A stretch of 64,000 nucleotides of DNA, taken from NCBI GenBank assembly GCA_016288635.1, contig JAEEKZ010000046.1, positions 49,751 to 113,750 of the forward strand. The letters are read 5' to 3'. The stretch's first letter is position 1; the number at the start of each line of letters is the position of its first letter. The stretch comes from Bacillales bacterium (GTDB taxonomy: Bacteria; Bacillota_I; Bacilli_A; RF39; UBA660). Below are positions 48,488 to 58,245 of this stretch, piece by piece. Position numbers and translations under genes: made by a program. Below the pieces are notes generated by a model that was given only the letters and a program-made list of their open reading frames with translations, made no database searches and was not told the DNA's origin.

Positions 48488-49413
48488 TATTCTACCCCCA
48501 CATCTTCATTAAAGAATGTTTCTCCTTTTAGCATAAAGAAACCATTTATAATTATAATTGCATGTAGAATTACTTGAACATACCATAAATTTAATAACTT
48601 GGTTTGATATGAATCCATGCCAAGCATAAACTGGAATGCAACTGGTAAAAAGAACAAAGCTCCACCAAATGTTAAGAATTTTCTATGAGATGCTTTTCTA
48701 TCCATTTGGTCACGATATACACCTTCAACTAGTGAGTCAATATCCATTGACATGTTTTCCAATGCTTGCCCAGAATCTTTTGCACCTTCTTTTGTAATTT
48801 GCAAAAACAACTGGTGCATATTTTTTACCATATAAAATGGATATCTATTATTGAAATATGCTATAGATTCATCTATCGTACCATTTTGATATGACATATC
48901 AATCATAACTTTAATATCTGATTTAATTGGATCTTCAATAATTCCAGATTCATAAACTCCCTCAAGAGATTTAACAAAACTTTGTGTAGTATTAAACTCC
49001 ATAATGACGTTCGTAGTATATGTTTGAATTTGTTCAAAAATAAAATCAGAATATTTCTTTTTACTTTGTAAATAAGCCAAAAATGGAACGAATGTAATAG
49101 CAATTCCACAATAAATTATTGCCCAAATTATAGAAATAAAATATAAATACCCGATAATGGCAGCAAAGCCACCAATTAAGGTACACTGAACAATATATTG
49201 TTTAGATGTATAATTATATCCAAATTCTTGCATTTTCTTTTTAACTTCAGCAAAAGAATATGCTGCATATTTTTGCTGCAAATTATTAATATTTTTGTTT
49301 AAAGAATCAATTCCATTGCCAGTTTTTGCATTAGAATTATCTTTTGATTTAACAAAAATAATCAAAAGAGCAAGTCCTAACAGAATTGCTAATTCCAAAA
49401 AAGTTTCAGTCAT
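48487..49413 (-). CDS. tadB: TadB-like inner-membrane platform protein (T2SS-F domain)
   Basis: 308-aa membrane protein with a GspF-like architecture. It is translationally coupled (ATGA overlap) to the tadC-like gene. Confidence 0.6.
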   Translation of the reverse strand: MTETFLELAILLGLALLIIFVKSKDNSNAKTGNGIDSLNKNINNLQQKYAAYSFAEVKKKMQEFGYNYTSKQYIVQCTLIGGFAAIIGYLYFISIIWAIIYCGIAITFVPFLAYLQSKKKYSDFIFEQIQTYTTNVIMEFNTTQSFVKSLEGVYESGIIEDPIKSDIKVMIDMSYQNGTIDESIAYFNNRYPFYMVKNMHQLFLQITKEGAKDSGQALENMSMDIDSLVEGVYRDQMDRKASHRKFLTFGGALFFLPVAFQFMLGMDSYQTKLLNLWYVQVILHAIIIINGFFMLKGETFFNEDVGVE

Positions 49414-49430
49414 ATATTATTACCACCCTT

Positions 49431-50816
49431 CTAAGCCGTTCCTATCGGTACAGCCGGAATTTGTGGTTGTACTTGCGCATTAATTACTTGTCCTTGAGCT
49501 TGAACTTGAGGCATTTGTTGTGGCGCTTGTGCAGCCTGCATAGTAGGCATTGGAGCTGGTTGTGCAGTCACAACCGGTTGAGGATTTACAACAGGTTGTT
49601 GTGTCTGTACAGGAGCCTGTGCTACCTGCTGAGGAACTGCTTGAGGTTGACTAGGAACAGTTGGTGCAGGTTCAGAAATAGGTTGAACCGGATTTTGTTC
49701 CACAGTTTCTTTAACTTCCTCATTTTCTCCCTCAGGAGGATTATTTGCAATTTCAGCATCAAAAAGATTTGGCTGAAGAATAACCCCTTGGCTTCCCAAA
49801 TAATCATATAAATGATGAGTAGGATTGTGATAACAAATTCTACCATCTAAATTTCTTTTAAAAATTGTATTAACTGCAGGTTCATTATTATCATCAACAT
49901 AAAATTGAGATACTTCTACAATCTCACGTTTAAACTTTCCAATAGTGTTATCCATAAAACCTTTAACATGAACTCCAAGTTGTACATATCTATGAATTGA
50001 GTTTAAGAATTGTTGTACGTCTTGACTTGATTCCATTAAGGAATAAAGACGCATTGGTATATTTGCAGCACTATCTGAGTGAATTGTTGAAATAATATTG
50101 TGACCTGATGAAATAGAGTTACGTACAGCAGTAACAGCTTCAGCGGAACGAACCTCGGAAAGTAGAATCCATTTAGGGTTCTGTCTCATACATGTAACCA
50201 ATACTTCTGTATAACTTGCAATATTATTTGTTTTCATTGCAACTATATCTCTATGTGGATAAATTTTATCCAAGTGAAGTTCTAGTGTATCCTCAATTGT
50301 AATGATCTTTTCATTTTCAGCAGTATTACTTGCCAAGTACTTAACAAGCTCTGTTTTACCTGAACCAGTTTCACCACTAACCATAATATTGCAGTGTCCA
50401 TGTACACAAGTAATTAAAAAGTCTAATACGCTCTCAGAAATATAATCTTCATTTAGTAACTTTTCGCGATTTAATCTTATCTTAGCTGGGGTCTTACGTA
50501 TAACACATGCTATTCCATTTGTCGCAATAGATTCATGTACAAAGTTAAGACGCAACTCCGAACTTTCGGCATCAAGAAATGGTGAAGCCATATTGAAAGT
50601 TTTACCCATTACATTCGAACATTGAAACGCCAATTTTTCAAACAAAGCATTATTTATATCAGGTCTATCAACACGATATATACCTTTATCTAATGTTTTA
50701 AGCCAAACTTGTCCTCCATTTGAATATGAAACGTCGGTAACATTATCATCATTTAGAAATTCCTTTAAAGGCCCAAAATCTAACTGTGAAAATATAGCCT
50801 CATTCATTTTTATCAA
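49431..50816 (-). CDS. tadA: CpaF/TadA secretion ATPase (VirB11/T2SS-E superfamily)
   Basis: Walker A VSGETGSGKTE, Asp box ITIEDTLEL and a His box. The C-terminal 95 aa are Pro/Gln/Ala/Val low complexity. Confidence 0.85.
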   Translation of the reverse strand: MIKMNEAIFSQLDFGPLKEFLNDDNVTDVSYSNGGQVWLKTLDKGIYRVDRPDINNALFEKLAFQCSNVMGKTFNMASPFLDAESSELRLNFVHESIATNGIACVIRKTPAKIRLNREKLLNEDYISESVLDFLITCVHGHCNIMVSGETGSGKTELVKYLASNTAENEKIITIEDTLELHLDKIYPHRDIVAMKTNNIASYTEVLVTCMRQNPKWILLSEVRSAEAVTAVRNSISSGHNIISTIHSDSAANIPMRLYSLMESSQDVQQFLNSIHRYVQLGVHVKGFMDNTIGKFKREIVEVSQFYVDDNNEPAVNTIFKRNLDGRICYHNPTHHLYDYLGSQGVILQPNLFDAEIANNPPEGENEEVKETVEQNPVQPISEPAPTVPSQPQAVPQQVAQAPVQTQQPVVNPQPVVTAQPAPMPTMQAAQAPQQMPQVQAQGQVINAQVQPQIPAVPIGTA

Positions 50817-50830
50817 CCCTTTCTATTTAT

Positions 50831-51664
50831 TTATTCATCTGCTACATATGTATAATCAGTATTCATCATTGAAACAGAATCAACATATTGCTTTAATCTA
50901 CTGAATTCTTCAGATTTAATATTTTCCCCTTCATTTTGAAATTTTTCTGAATAACTTGCTCCTCTTGGAATAGGGACTAGTCTAAAACCATATCCGCTTA
51001 GTTTTTCAATTGATTTTAAAACTTCCCAATCCTCTTTAACAACTTTAAACCACAAATGTGTAGGAATATCATATGGATCTTGAGCAAATACATCTTTACC
51101 TTTATTCATTACTTTATAAACTTTTATATGTTTAATAAAATTCTGAAAAACCATTCTATTGTTGCCCGCTCTTGAATTTGCTTCTATTCTTAAATATAAA
51201 TCAATATATGATCCTGGTAAAATAGAATTACCATAAGAAAGCGTATTATTAACGCTAAGATGATAAATATAATAAGTTCCATCAAACTCTTCATCTTCAT
51301 ATAAATTATTACAATTTTCAGAAGTAAGAGCATCTAAATAAACTAAACCATTGTTAGGGATGGAATATCCTTCCTTAATACAGTAATCGCCAGAAACGAT
51401 TTTTCCGTAATCACCTTGCTTAACAACATCCAACTTACTTAAAAATTTTTTACTAACATTTGCACGTCCAATACTTTCTGCTGTAATAATATCTCCTGGA
51501 TATAGCGCTTTCTTTGCAATATAAACTGTTCCTGGATTCTTACCTGTTGATACTAAGTTGTTATATACGACCCATATTACTATAGTAACTACTATAATAA
51601 TAAGCCCTCCAAGAGCTTTTTTATTACTAGCTATTGATCTTAAGTAATTAACGAATTGTGTCAT
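50831..51664 (-). CDS. CpaB/RcpC-like pilus-assembly protein (paralog 1 of 3)
   Basis: N-terminal TM helix, a SAF-like start (VYIAKKALYPGDIITAESI) and the conserved motif YGNSILPGSYIDLYL. Confidence 0.6.
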   Translation of the reverse strand: MTQFVNYLRSIASNKKALGGLIIIVVTIVIWVVYNNLVSTGKNPGTVYIAKKALYPGDIITAESIGRANVSKKFLSKLDVVKQGDYGKIVSGDYCIKEGYSIPNNGLVYLDALTSENCNNLYEDEEFDGTYYIYHLSVNNTLSYGNSILPGSYIDLYLRIEANSRAGNNRMVFQNFIKHIKVYKVMNKGKDVFAQDPYDIPTHLWFKVVKEDWEVLKSIEKLSGYGFRLVPIPRGASYSEKFQNEGENIKSEEFSRLKQYVDSVSMMNTDYTYVADE

Positions 51665-51666
51665 TT

Positions 51667-52452
51667 CTAGTTCCCCACATTACCATTATATCTTTGAATA
51701 ATAGCTGATAATTCATTTGAAACTTTTTTCGTTTCGCCATCATTTTGTCCATATTCAATTCCTCTTGGTACCGGAACTAAAGTCCAATCACCGCCCAATT
51801 CACGAATAAATGTTAATTCTTCGAATAAATCATTTTCAATAGCAAATAACATTAAACTTGGTTTAGTTGGAGTATCTTGAGCAAATACGTTTTTTCCGCT
51901 TCCGTCTCTAACTTCTAAAACCTGGATTTTTTCTACATACTTTTGGAATATCCTTCCGCCAGTATCAGGATTTTTTCCCTTTAAATATAAGTCAATATAA
52001 CTTCCAGGCGTAATAGAATTTCCATATGTAGATTTATCATCAACTGACATATAAAAAATACCATAGTTCTCATCTAATCCTTGCCAAATAGAATTTTGAA
52101 CTTCTTCTTTTTTTACAATTTGATTTCTATCTTTATAAAAAAAGCCAGATTTAGGGACAGTAACATTAACATTTGTATATAAATCATTTAAATTGTCTTT
52201 CGTATAAAAAATATTTAATTTTTTTGCAAGTGTTTCACTAATCTTTACTCTTACAAGCATAGTACTATCAATTTTAGTAACGGGTTTTATTGTTGCTCCT
52301 GCTGCCCAAACTTCAACAGATTTTGTTGACTGGCCAACTCTATAACTATAACCAACCCATAAAACAACAATACCAACAAGAACAGCAAATATTGTAACAG
52401 TATTTTTGTTCATTGCAAATCGCTTTATTCCAGCAATAATACCATTTCCCAT
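51667..52452 (-). CDS. CpaB/RcpC-like pilus-assembly protein (paralog 2 of 3)
   Basis: N-terminal TM helix and the shared motif YGNSITPGSYIDLYLKG. C-terminus (LVPVPRG) matches paralog 1. Confidence 0.6.
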   Translation of the reverse strand: MGNGIIAGIKRFAMNKNTVTIFAVLVGIVVLWVGYSYRVGQSTKSVEVWAAGATIKPVTKIDSTMLVRVKISETLAKKLNIFYTKDNLNDLYTNVNVTVPKSGFFYKDRNQIVKKEEVQNSIWQGLDENYGIFYMSVDDKSTYGNSITPGSYIDLYLKGKNPDTGGRIFQKYVEKIQVLEVRDGSGKNVFAQDTPTKPSLMLFAIENDLFEELTFIRELGGDWTLVPVPRGIEYGQNDGETKKVSNELSAIIQRYNGNVGN

Positions 52453-52469
52453 TTTTAATTCTCCTTTTT

Positions 52470-53249
52470 TTAATCAAGTGTACTTGAGTATAATTTACGC
52501 TTAATAAATTCTTCTGTAACTCTACCATCACAGGTGGTTTCTTCTTTCATATTACCAATTGGAACTGGATAAAAAGTTACTCCAGAAGTTGACCCTACTG
52601 TCAAATATTGATAATAATGATTTGAAACAATAAAATACATTATTGCAGGAGTACCATTATAACCTTTTTGACTAACATCCTTTAAAGATTTATCTCTAAC
52701 AGAATATACCTTTATACTACCAATATAGCACTCTTGCATTAACGTGCCTACTTCATCAACATATTTTGAATATATAGCCACATTTTGACCAGGCTTAATA
52801 GAATTGAAATCAGTATCAATAGAAGTAACATCTAACATATAAATTGTTTGATCATCTTCTACCTCACGCCAAATATCGTCTGGCATTTCCTCTTCACTTA
52901 CAATGACATCTTTATAAAATAAGCCCTTTTTAGGTATTGTAGCTGATATTTTAACATATTTACCAATAAGGTTATTTGCTTCAGATGCCTTGTAAATCAT
53001 CGAATCAGTTCTGCCAGATGCCTTATTTAAAGCTTTAAGATCAGCACTATTCATTTTCATTCTAATAAACATAGTAGCGTCAATTTGCGTTTTACCATTA
53101 ATAGTATCTTTAGCAACTAAAACCTCAACAGGACCAGTCAATATTTGAGTCCTATAATAATACCCGCCAACAATAACCGCTATTCCAGCAATAACGCCAA
53201 ATAACACAATAGTCTTTTTGTTTATAAAAAACTTTAATAACCCTTTCAT
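52470..53249 (-). CDS. CpaB/RcpC-like pilus-assembly protein (paralog 3 of 3, most diverged)
   Basis: Same size and topology as the other two. Motif SIKPGQNVAIYSKY and C-terminal FYPVPIGN. Confidence 0.55.
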   Translation of the reverse strand: MKGLLKFFINKKTIVLFGVIAGIAVIVGGYYYRTQILTGPVEVLVAKDTINGKTQIDATMFIRMKMNSADLKALNKASGRTDSMIYKASEANNLIGKYVKISATIPKKGLFYKDVIVSEEEMPDDIWREVEDDQTIYMLDVTSIDTDFNSIKPGQNVAIYSKYVDEVGTLMQECYIGSIKVYSVRDKSLKDVSQKGYNGTPAIMYFIVSNHYYQYLTVGSTSGVTFYPVPIGNMKEETTCDGRVTEEFIKRKLYSSTLD

Positions 53250-53268
53250 TATTGTTCACTTTCTATAA

Positions 53269-53685
53269 TTAATTAGCTTTTACGTATTTACCCGCAATAA
53301 TAGCATCAATATTATTTGTAATGTCGTATACAGCTTTATCTCCGTCAATATTAAAACTTGCTGATTTTGTAGAAATCCTAACACTAACCTTAGGTGGTGC
53401 TTCATAAATTGCTACAAACTCAATAGTATATGTTTGCGTTAAAGATGTTTCTTCAGCCATTCTTCTTATAAAGTTTTCCATAAATTTTTCTTTGTTAATC
53501 TTTAACTCACCATATGTTCTATAGTAACCTTTATCAACAGCATCAACCATAGATGCTTCAGCGATAGAATTTATTAAATATCTATCCTCAGTACTAGTTG
53601 TTGTAATACTTTGAACAAGTAGCATAATAACCACAACAAAAATACCTAATAAAATTAACCAATATCCCCACATTGCATTTCTCAT
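53269..53685 (-). CDS. Small membrane-anchored protein; first gene of the Tad-like operon
   Basis: 138 aa with one N-terminal TM helix. Preceded by an intergenic region containing the terminator of the upstream module. Confidence 0.35.
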   Translation of the reverse strand: MRNAMWGYWLILLGIFVVVIMLLVQSITTTSTEDRYLINSIAEASMVDAVDKGYYRTYGELKINKEKFMENFIRRMAEETSLTQTYTIEFVAIYEAPPKVSVRISTKSASFNIDGDKAVYDITNNIDAIIAGKYVKAN

Positions 53686-53779
53686 AAAAACACTCTCCTT
53701 ATAGGGTATAACTTCCCTACCCTTACTATTTAAAATTTTACCATATCTAATTTATAAATACAAGTTTACAAAACGTTAA

Positions 53780-53814
53780 TTTTATAAAAAAAACATGAAA
53801 TTTTCATTTCATGT
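53780..53814 (-). terminator. Rho-independent terminator after giant gene 2
   Basis: Hairpin ACATGAAAT-tttc-ATTTCATGT followed by a T-run on the minus strand, placed directly after the stop at 53815. Confidence 0.5.
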
Positions 53815-56800
53815 TTATCTCCAAGAAGGTCCTCCAATTTGGCTCATTTCTCCTTCAACAATCTTATTAATCTTCTCAGCATATTGACCGCAACTACTGC
53901 CGCCACAATCAGGTTGATCAATAAATGTTTGCCAATAGCCATTTTGATTATTAGTTGTACTTCTTGAATTATCATCACTTAATCTACCAGAATAGAAAGT
54001 GAAATTAGGATTATCTCTATACTCATCTAAGAATGAACTATAGCAGAATATCTTTTCGAATTTATAAGTATCATAAGTGTAATCATAACACATTAATGTT
54101 TGATCAGTAAAACTCTTATCATCATTATAATTTCTTATTTTTTGAGCAAGACTTGGCGTCATGACAACTTTCAACACACCAAAGTCTGTTGGAGAACTTA
54201 TACCCTCGATTGAAGGTTGTCCTTCATAAACATCATCAGTTCCCAATTCTTTAGAAACATATATCAATTCTCCGTATGTTTGAATTTCATTAATTGTTAA
54301 TTTTGCTTTATCACTAATGATTTTATATCTATCTCCATATTCCTCAGAAACTGACCATGCATTCCAGTTATATGGAACGTATTCAGATCCAGGAGGACTA
54401 ACTACAGATATAACCTCATTTGGATCATTAGGATTGCCTTGAGGCACACGCAATGGTATTGGCGTAACATCAAGATGGAATTCTTTCTTAGAATAAATAC
54501 AATCTACACATTCGATGTCACAAACAGGGCAGCAATTCTCTCCTTTACATTCCTCTACTGTGGTTTCACATCCGTCTTCATCACATCCAGGAATACATGT
54601 AGGACAATTTCCTTGATTTACTCTATAGTAACATAAATACTCATACTCTGAATCATCATTAAATATTGGTTTCTCAGCACTATTATATTTACCCAAAACA
54701 GTATTTTCATCTTTGTGATTCTTAGCATTTAAAACTCTGCCTTCACCTTCATGATCGAAATATTCTCCAATATCACTGAATGTAAATGTAAATTTATGAA
54801 GTCCGCTCTCAGTTTCTAATTGAACTGGTAAGTCACCAAAATCAACTTTCATTCTTTGATTTTCATTATCTTCAAAATTTGAATCACTTCTTAAAACTAC
54901 AACACCACTTGGATATAAAGTAGCAAATAAGTTTGGAGAAGCATATTCATAATGAACTTCAATATTCTTTTTTGTAAATGTTTTATTACTCATATCTTGA
55001 GGATCAGATTCTAAAACATAATAACCGCTTCCTAAATTCATTTTTACATAATTAACAGATTCTTCTTGGAGAGATGCTGTAACACAACCGTTATTTCTAT
55101 TACCTGAATACTCATCATTTACACATGGATCTGTATTACTTCTCTCATCATCATATTTAATTGTGCTTCCACTTAACTCTTTTTTTATTTTACTTTTATC
55201 AATTTTAGTTGCCTTCAATGTAGTATCAGTTGCTGAACTTGACCAATCATCAGCACCATCAATATTAGAGATTTCTTCTTTTTCACCTCTAACAAGTGGA
55301 ACAGCATCGATACTCGGATCTTTTATCATATCAAAATAACCATAATCATAGTTTTTACTTTCATCATCTTGATATCCATATTTGAAGTTAATATCAGGTT
55401 CCGTATTATACTTCATATCATTATACCAACTAGTACAACGATTAATTTGGTCAATATAATTATTTATATTTTTGAATGCTGTATCTATTGCTGTTTTAGC
55501 GCTATCATATTCAGTCTGATATTCTGAAATCAATTCATTTAATTGCTCAGTAGCAGTTTTTCTTTCAACAATACAATTCTCGTAATCATATACTAAAATA
55601 TCTTTTTTCTTAGTAGCGGGATTATACTCATAATGAAAACCAGATGATTGTGCAGATTGTTCTGTAGCTGTCTCTGTTTCAAAATATTTTTGAACAGTTG
55701 AATCTAATGGCTTTCCTTCTTCGACTATATAACTGATATGATAATCAGTCGTTTTATCTTTATCTATTCGAATTTTATACTCAATTGGTTTTACAGGGCC
55801 TTCGACTTCATATGTAATAGTTTCAATTGAATAAGTTTTAGCTTGTGTACATTCATCAGGATTCTTCTCATTTTCTGGATTATATACACTAGCTGGTCTA
55901 TTTTTCTGTAAATATTGAAGTCTAACATAAGCCAAATTCATTTTATTAATATTATCATTAATAATTTCAATTTCCTTATTTACTTGTTCATTAAATAAAT
56001 CTAGATCTATTTCACGTCTATTATTATCTTCTGCAGAACTTGAATAACATGTTTTCTTGGCATTGTAAGCTGCAGACAATTTAAAGTATCTACCACTATT
56101 AGCATCTTGCATACCCGCAACAGAATAACCATATTTATATTTTTGATCTTCTAATAGGTTTCCATCTTTATCAAATTTACCGAAATCTTCTTTACATAAT
56201 ACTTTGCAATAATTATTTCCATAAACTATCTTTGTTTCTAATGAGTTACCAGCATAGTCTTCTTTTTTCTCAAGAACACATTTAACAATGTTATTATCTT
56301 CAATTTCTTTATATGTTAAATAGTTAACACTCTCTTTATCTTCATTAGATGTTTTAGTTAAATCACCAACTTGCTCACCATCAGAAAATGATATTTCTTC
56401 TGTTTCTTCAGGATTTTCACATGTATTGTGATATGAAACAAATGGTTTACATTTAGAACACTTTGCCTTATCAACTTTAACACCATCGATATAATATTTA
56501 TTATTTATAACACAACAGTCTTCATATTTAGTACCACAACATTTTTCGTTCCATTCATCAGAACCTGACAATACCTCACCAGCAGGTCCATAATATTTGC
56601 CACCAAACAATTCACACTTGTGTTCGCCAACATTAGAACACTCTTCATCATATTGTTGTTTTAAAATAACAGTAAATGGATCAAGGCCATAATAAATTGT
56701 ATTTCCGCTTCCATCGGTTTCAATACGACATTTACATTTATCTCTATAAGCTTCTTCAGATTCTAAAGGGGTTCCATCAGGCCCATAATAAGTGCCATTT

Positions 56801-58245
56801 TCATATTTACACAAATTTTTACTTTCACACTTTTCTTCAAAATCTTCTTTAGACTCTAACACTTCCGCACTAGGTCCATAATATATAGTATTACCATTAC
56901 TATCTTCTTCTTTACGACATCCACATGACTTTTTGTATGCTTCCTCAGAATCAACAGGTTTTCCGTCTACTCCGTAATAAGTATTACCTACTTTTTTACA
57001 TTTGTTTTTACACTGTTCGTTCCATTCATCTTCAGTCTGAAGAATATTATCTGGTGGATTTGGTGGAATTGGTCCATAATATCTAATAGAACCATCTATT
57101 TCTAATTTTACGCAAGAACAATCTTTTTTAAATTCCTCTTCTGTTACTTCTGTACCATCTTTTCCATAATAAATCCCATTTTCATGTTTACAAACATTCT
57201 CAGATTTACATTGTGCAATTTGATCACTTTCAGATCCAACTGTTGTTGGAGGATTTGGTCCATAATATATAGTAGGCTTTCCATCTAAATCAAAAGTTCT
57301 ACATTTACACTTGTCTTTATATTCATCAAATGACACAACATCTTGCTTTGTTTTATTACTATCTAAAACATAATATGTAAGTGGAGTCGTAGAATCATCT
57401 ACATTACAATCACAATAATATATAAATTCTTGCTCTGAATCAGCTGTTTTTCCATCAGGCAAAAACCAATATTTATACTCCGGTTGTTGAGTACAAGCAC
57501 ATTGATCTAAAAATACTTTTTTATCTTCAACAACTTTGCCATCAATGTAATATACAGCAGGTGTTTTTGATTCATCTACGCAACAACCTTCAACATCTTT
57601 ACAATTATTTTCTTCAATAGTTATATCATCACAATCAGCAATATACATTGGTTGTCTATTAGCTATTTTATACATTTGACTTTCTTTATGAAAATAATAT
57701 GGGTGTGCTTCATAAATTTTACAAGATTTGCCTTCTTCTATATTTTTTTCTATTTCACCGCATAGATCATGTGTGCATGAACCAGATCGAGAAAGATCAC
57801 GAATAGCATAATAGTATCTTTTTCCGCCATATTTCTCATCTATCCCCGCTAATTTTTGCAAGCATGCATAATCATCGTTACTGCAATTTGCCGCTTTACG
57901 AGCCGCATACCAGTATTTTCCTAGTGTTTTGCATAGTTCACTATTACATTCAACAGCATTATAGCGATCATTTGCTTTAAAGTGTAATCCGCCTTTCCCA
58001 CAAACAGCATCATGACCAACCAAATTAGTTAATTCGCATTTTTCGCCACGAACCTTAAATCTTGAATAAGTCGCTTGTAAATATTCATTTTCACCAACTT
58101 GTTTTCCTCTACCATATATATCCATAAATCCCAAGTTAGGATTTGAAAGATATTCTTCCGGTTCCGCAAAAACATTGCTAGGTATTAACAATAATAAAAA
58201 TATAAACGATAATAATAAACAATTTATTTTTTTCATATTAATCAC
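53815..58245 (-). CDS. Giant Cys-rich secreted protein (module 2 large subunit), candidate surface adhesin
   Basis: Signal peptide LLLIPSNVFA. 1476 aa with more than 100 Cys. Repeated CxxENGTYYGPDGTxxxSEEAYxxxCxC units, a central conserved domain, and a C-terminus VLKVVMTPSLAQKIRNYN...IGGPSWR shared with 2703-7373 and 59125-63075. Confidence 0.6.
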   Translation of the reverse strand: MINMKKINCLLLSFIFLLLLIPSNVFAEPEEYLSNPNLGFMDIYGRGKQVGENEYLQATYSRFKVRGEKCELTNLVGHDAVCGKGGLHFKANDRYNAVECNSELCKTLGKYWYAARKAANCSNDDYACLQKLAGIDEKYGGKRYYYAIRDLSRSGSCTHDLCGEIEKNIEEGKSCKIYEAHPYYFHKESQMYKIANRQPMYIADCDDITIEENNCKDVEGCCVDESKTPAVYYIDGKVVEDKKVFLDQCACTQQPEYKYWFLPDGKTADSEQEFIYYCDCNVDDSTTPLTYYVLDSNKTKQDVVSFDEYKDKCKCRTFDLDGKPTIYYGPNPPTTVGSESDQIAQCKSENVCKHENGIYYGKDGTEVTEEEFKKDCSCVKLEIDGSIRYYGPIPPNPPDNILQTEDEWNEQCKNKCKKVGNTYYGVDGKPVDSEEAYKKSCGCRKEEDSNGNTIYYGPSAEVLESKEDFEEKCESKNLCKYENGTYYGPDGTPLESEEAYRDKCKCRIETDGSGNTIYYGLDPFTVILKQQYDEECSNVGEHKCELFGGKYYGPAGEVLSGSDEWNEKCCGTKYEDCCVINNKYYIDGVKVDKAKCSKCKPFVSYHNTCENPEETEEISFSDGEQVGDLTKTSNEDKESVNYLTYKEIEDNNIVKCVLEKKEDYAGNSLETKIVYGNNYCKVLCKEDFGKFDKDGNLLEDQKYKYGYSVAGMQDANSGRYFKLSAAYNAKKTCYSSSAEDNNRREIDLDLFNEQVNKEIEIINDNINKMNLAYVRLQYLQKNRPASVYNPENEKNPDECTQAKTYSIETITYEVEGPVKPIEYKIRIDKDKTTDYHISYIVEEGKPLDSTVQKYFETETATEQSAQSSGFHYEYNPATKKKDILVYDYENCIVERKTATEQLNELISEYQTEYDSAKTAIDTAFKNINNYIDQINRCTSWYNDMKYNTEPDINFKYGYQDDESKNYDYGYFDMIKDPSIDAVPLVRGEKEEISNIDGADDWSSSATDTTLKATKIDKSKIKKELSGSTIKYDDERSNTDPCVNDEYSGNRNNGCVTASLQEESVNYVKMNLGSGYYVLESDPQDMSNKTFTKKNIEVHYEYASPNLFATLYPSGVVVLRSDSNFEDNENQRMKVDFGDLPVQLETESGLHKFTFTFSDIGEYFDHEGEGRVLNAKNHKDENTVLGKYNSAEKPIFNDDSEYEYLCYYRVNQGNCPTCIPGCDEDGCETTVEECKGENCCPVCDIECVDCIYSKKEFHLDVTPIPLRVPQGNPNDPNEVISVVSPPGSEYVPYNWNAWSVSEEYGDRYKIISDKAKLTINEIQTYGELIYVSKELGTDDVYEGQPSIEGISSPTDFGVLKVVMTPSLAQKIRNYNDDKSFTDQTLMCYDYTYDTYKFEKIFCYSSFLDEYRDNPNFTFYSGRLSDDNSRSTTNNQNGYWQTFIDQPDCGGSSCGQYAEKINKIVEGEMSQIGGPSWR

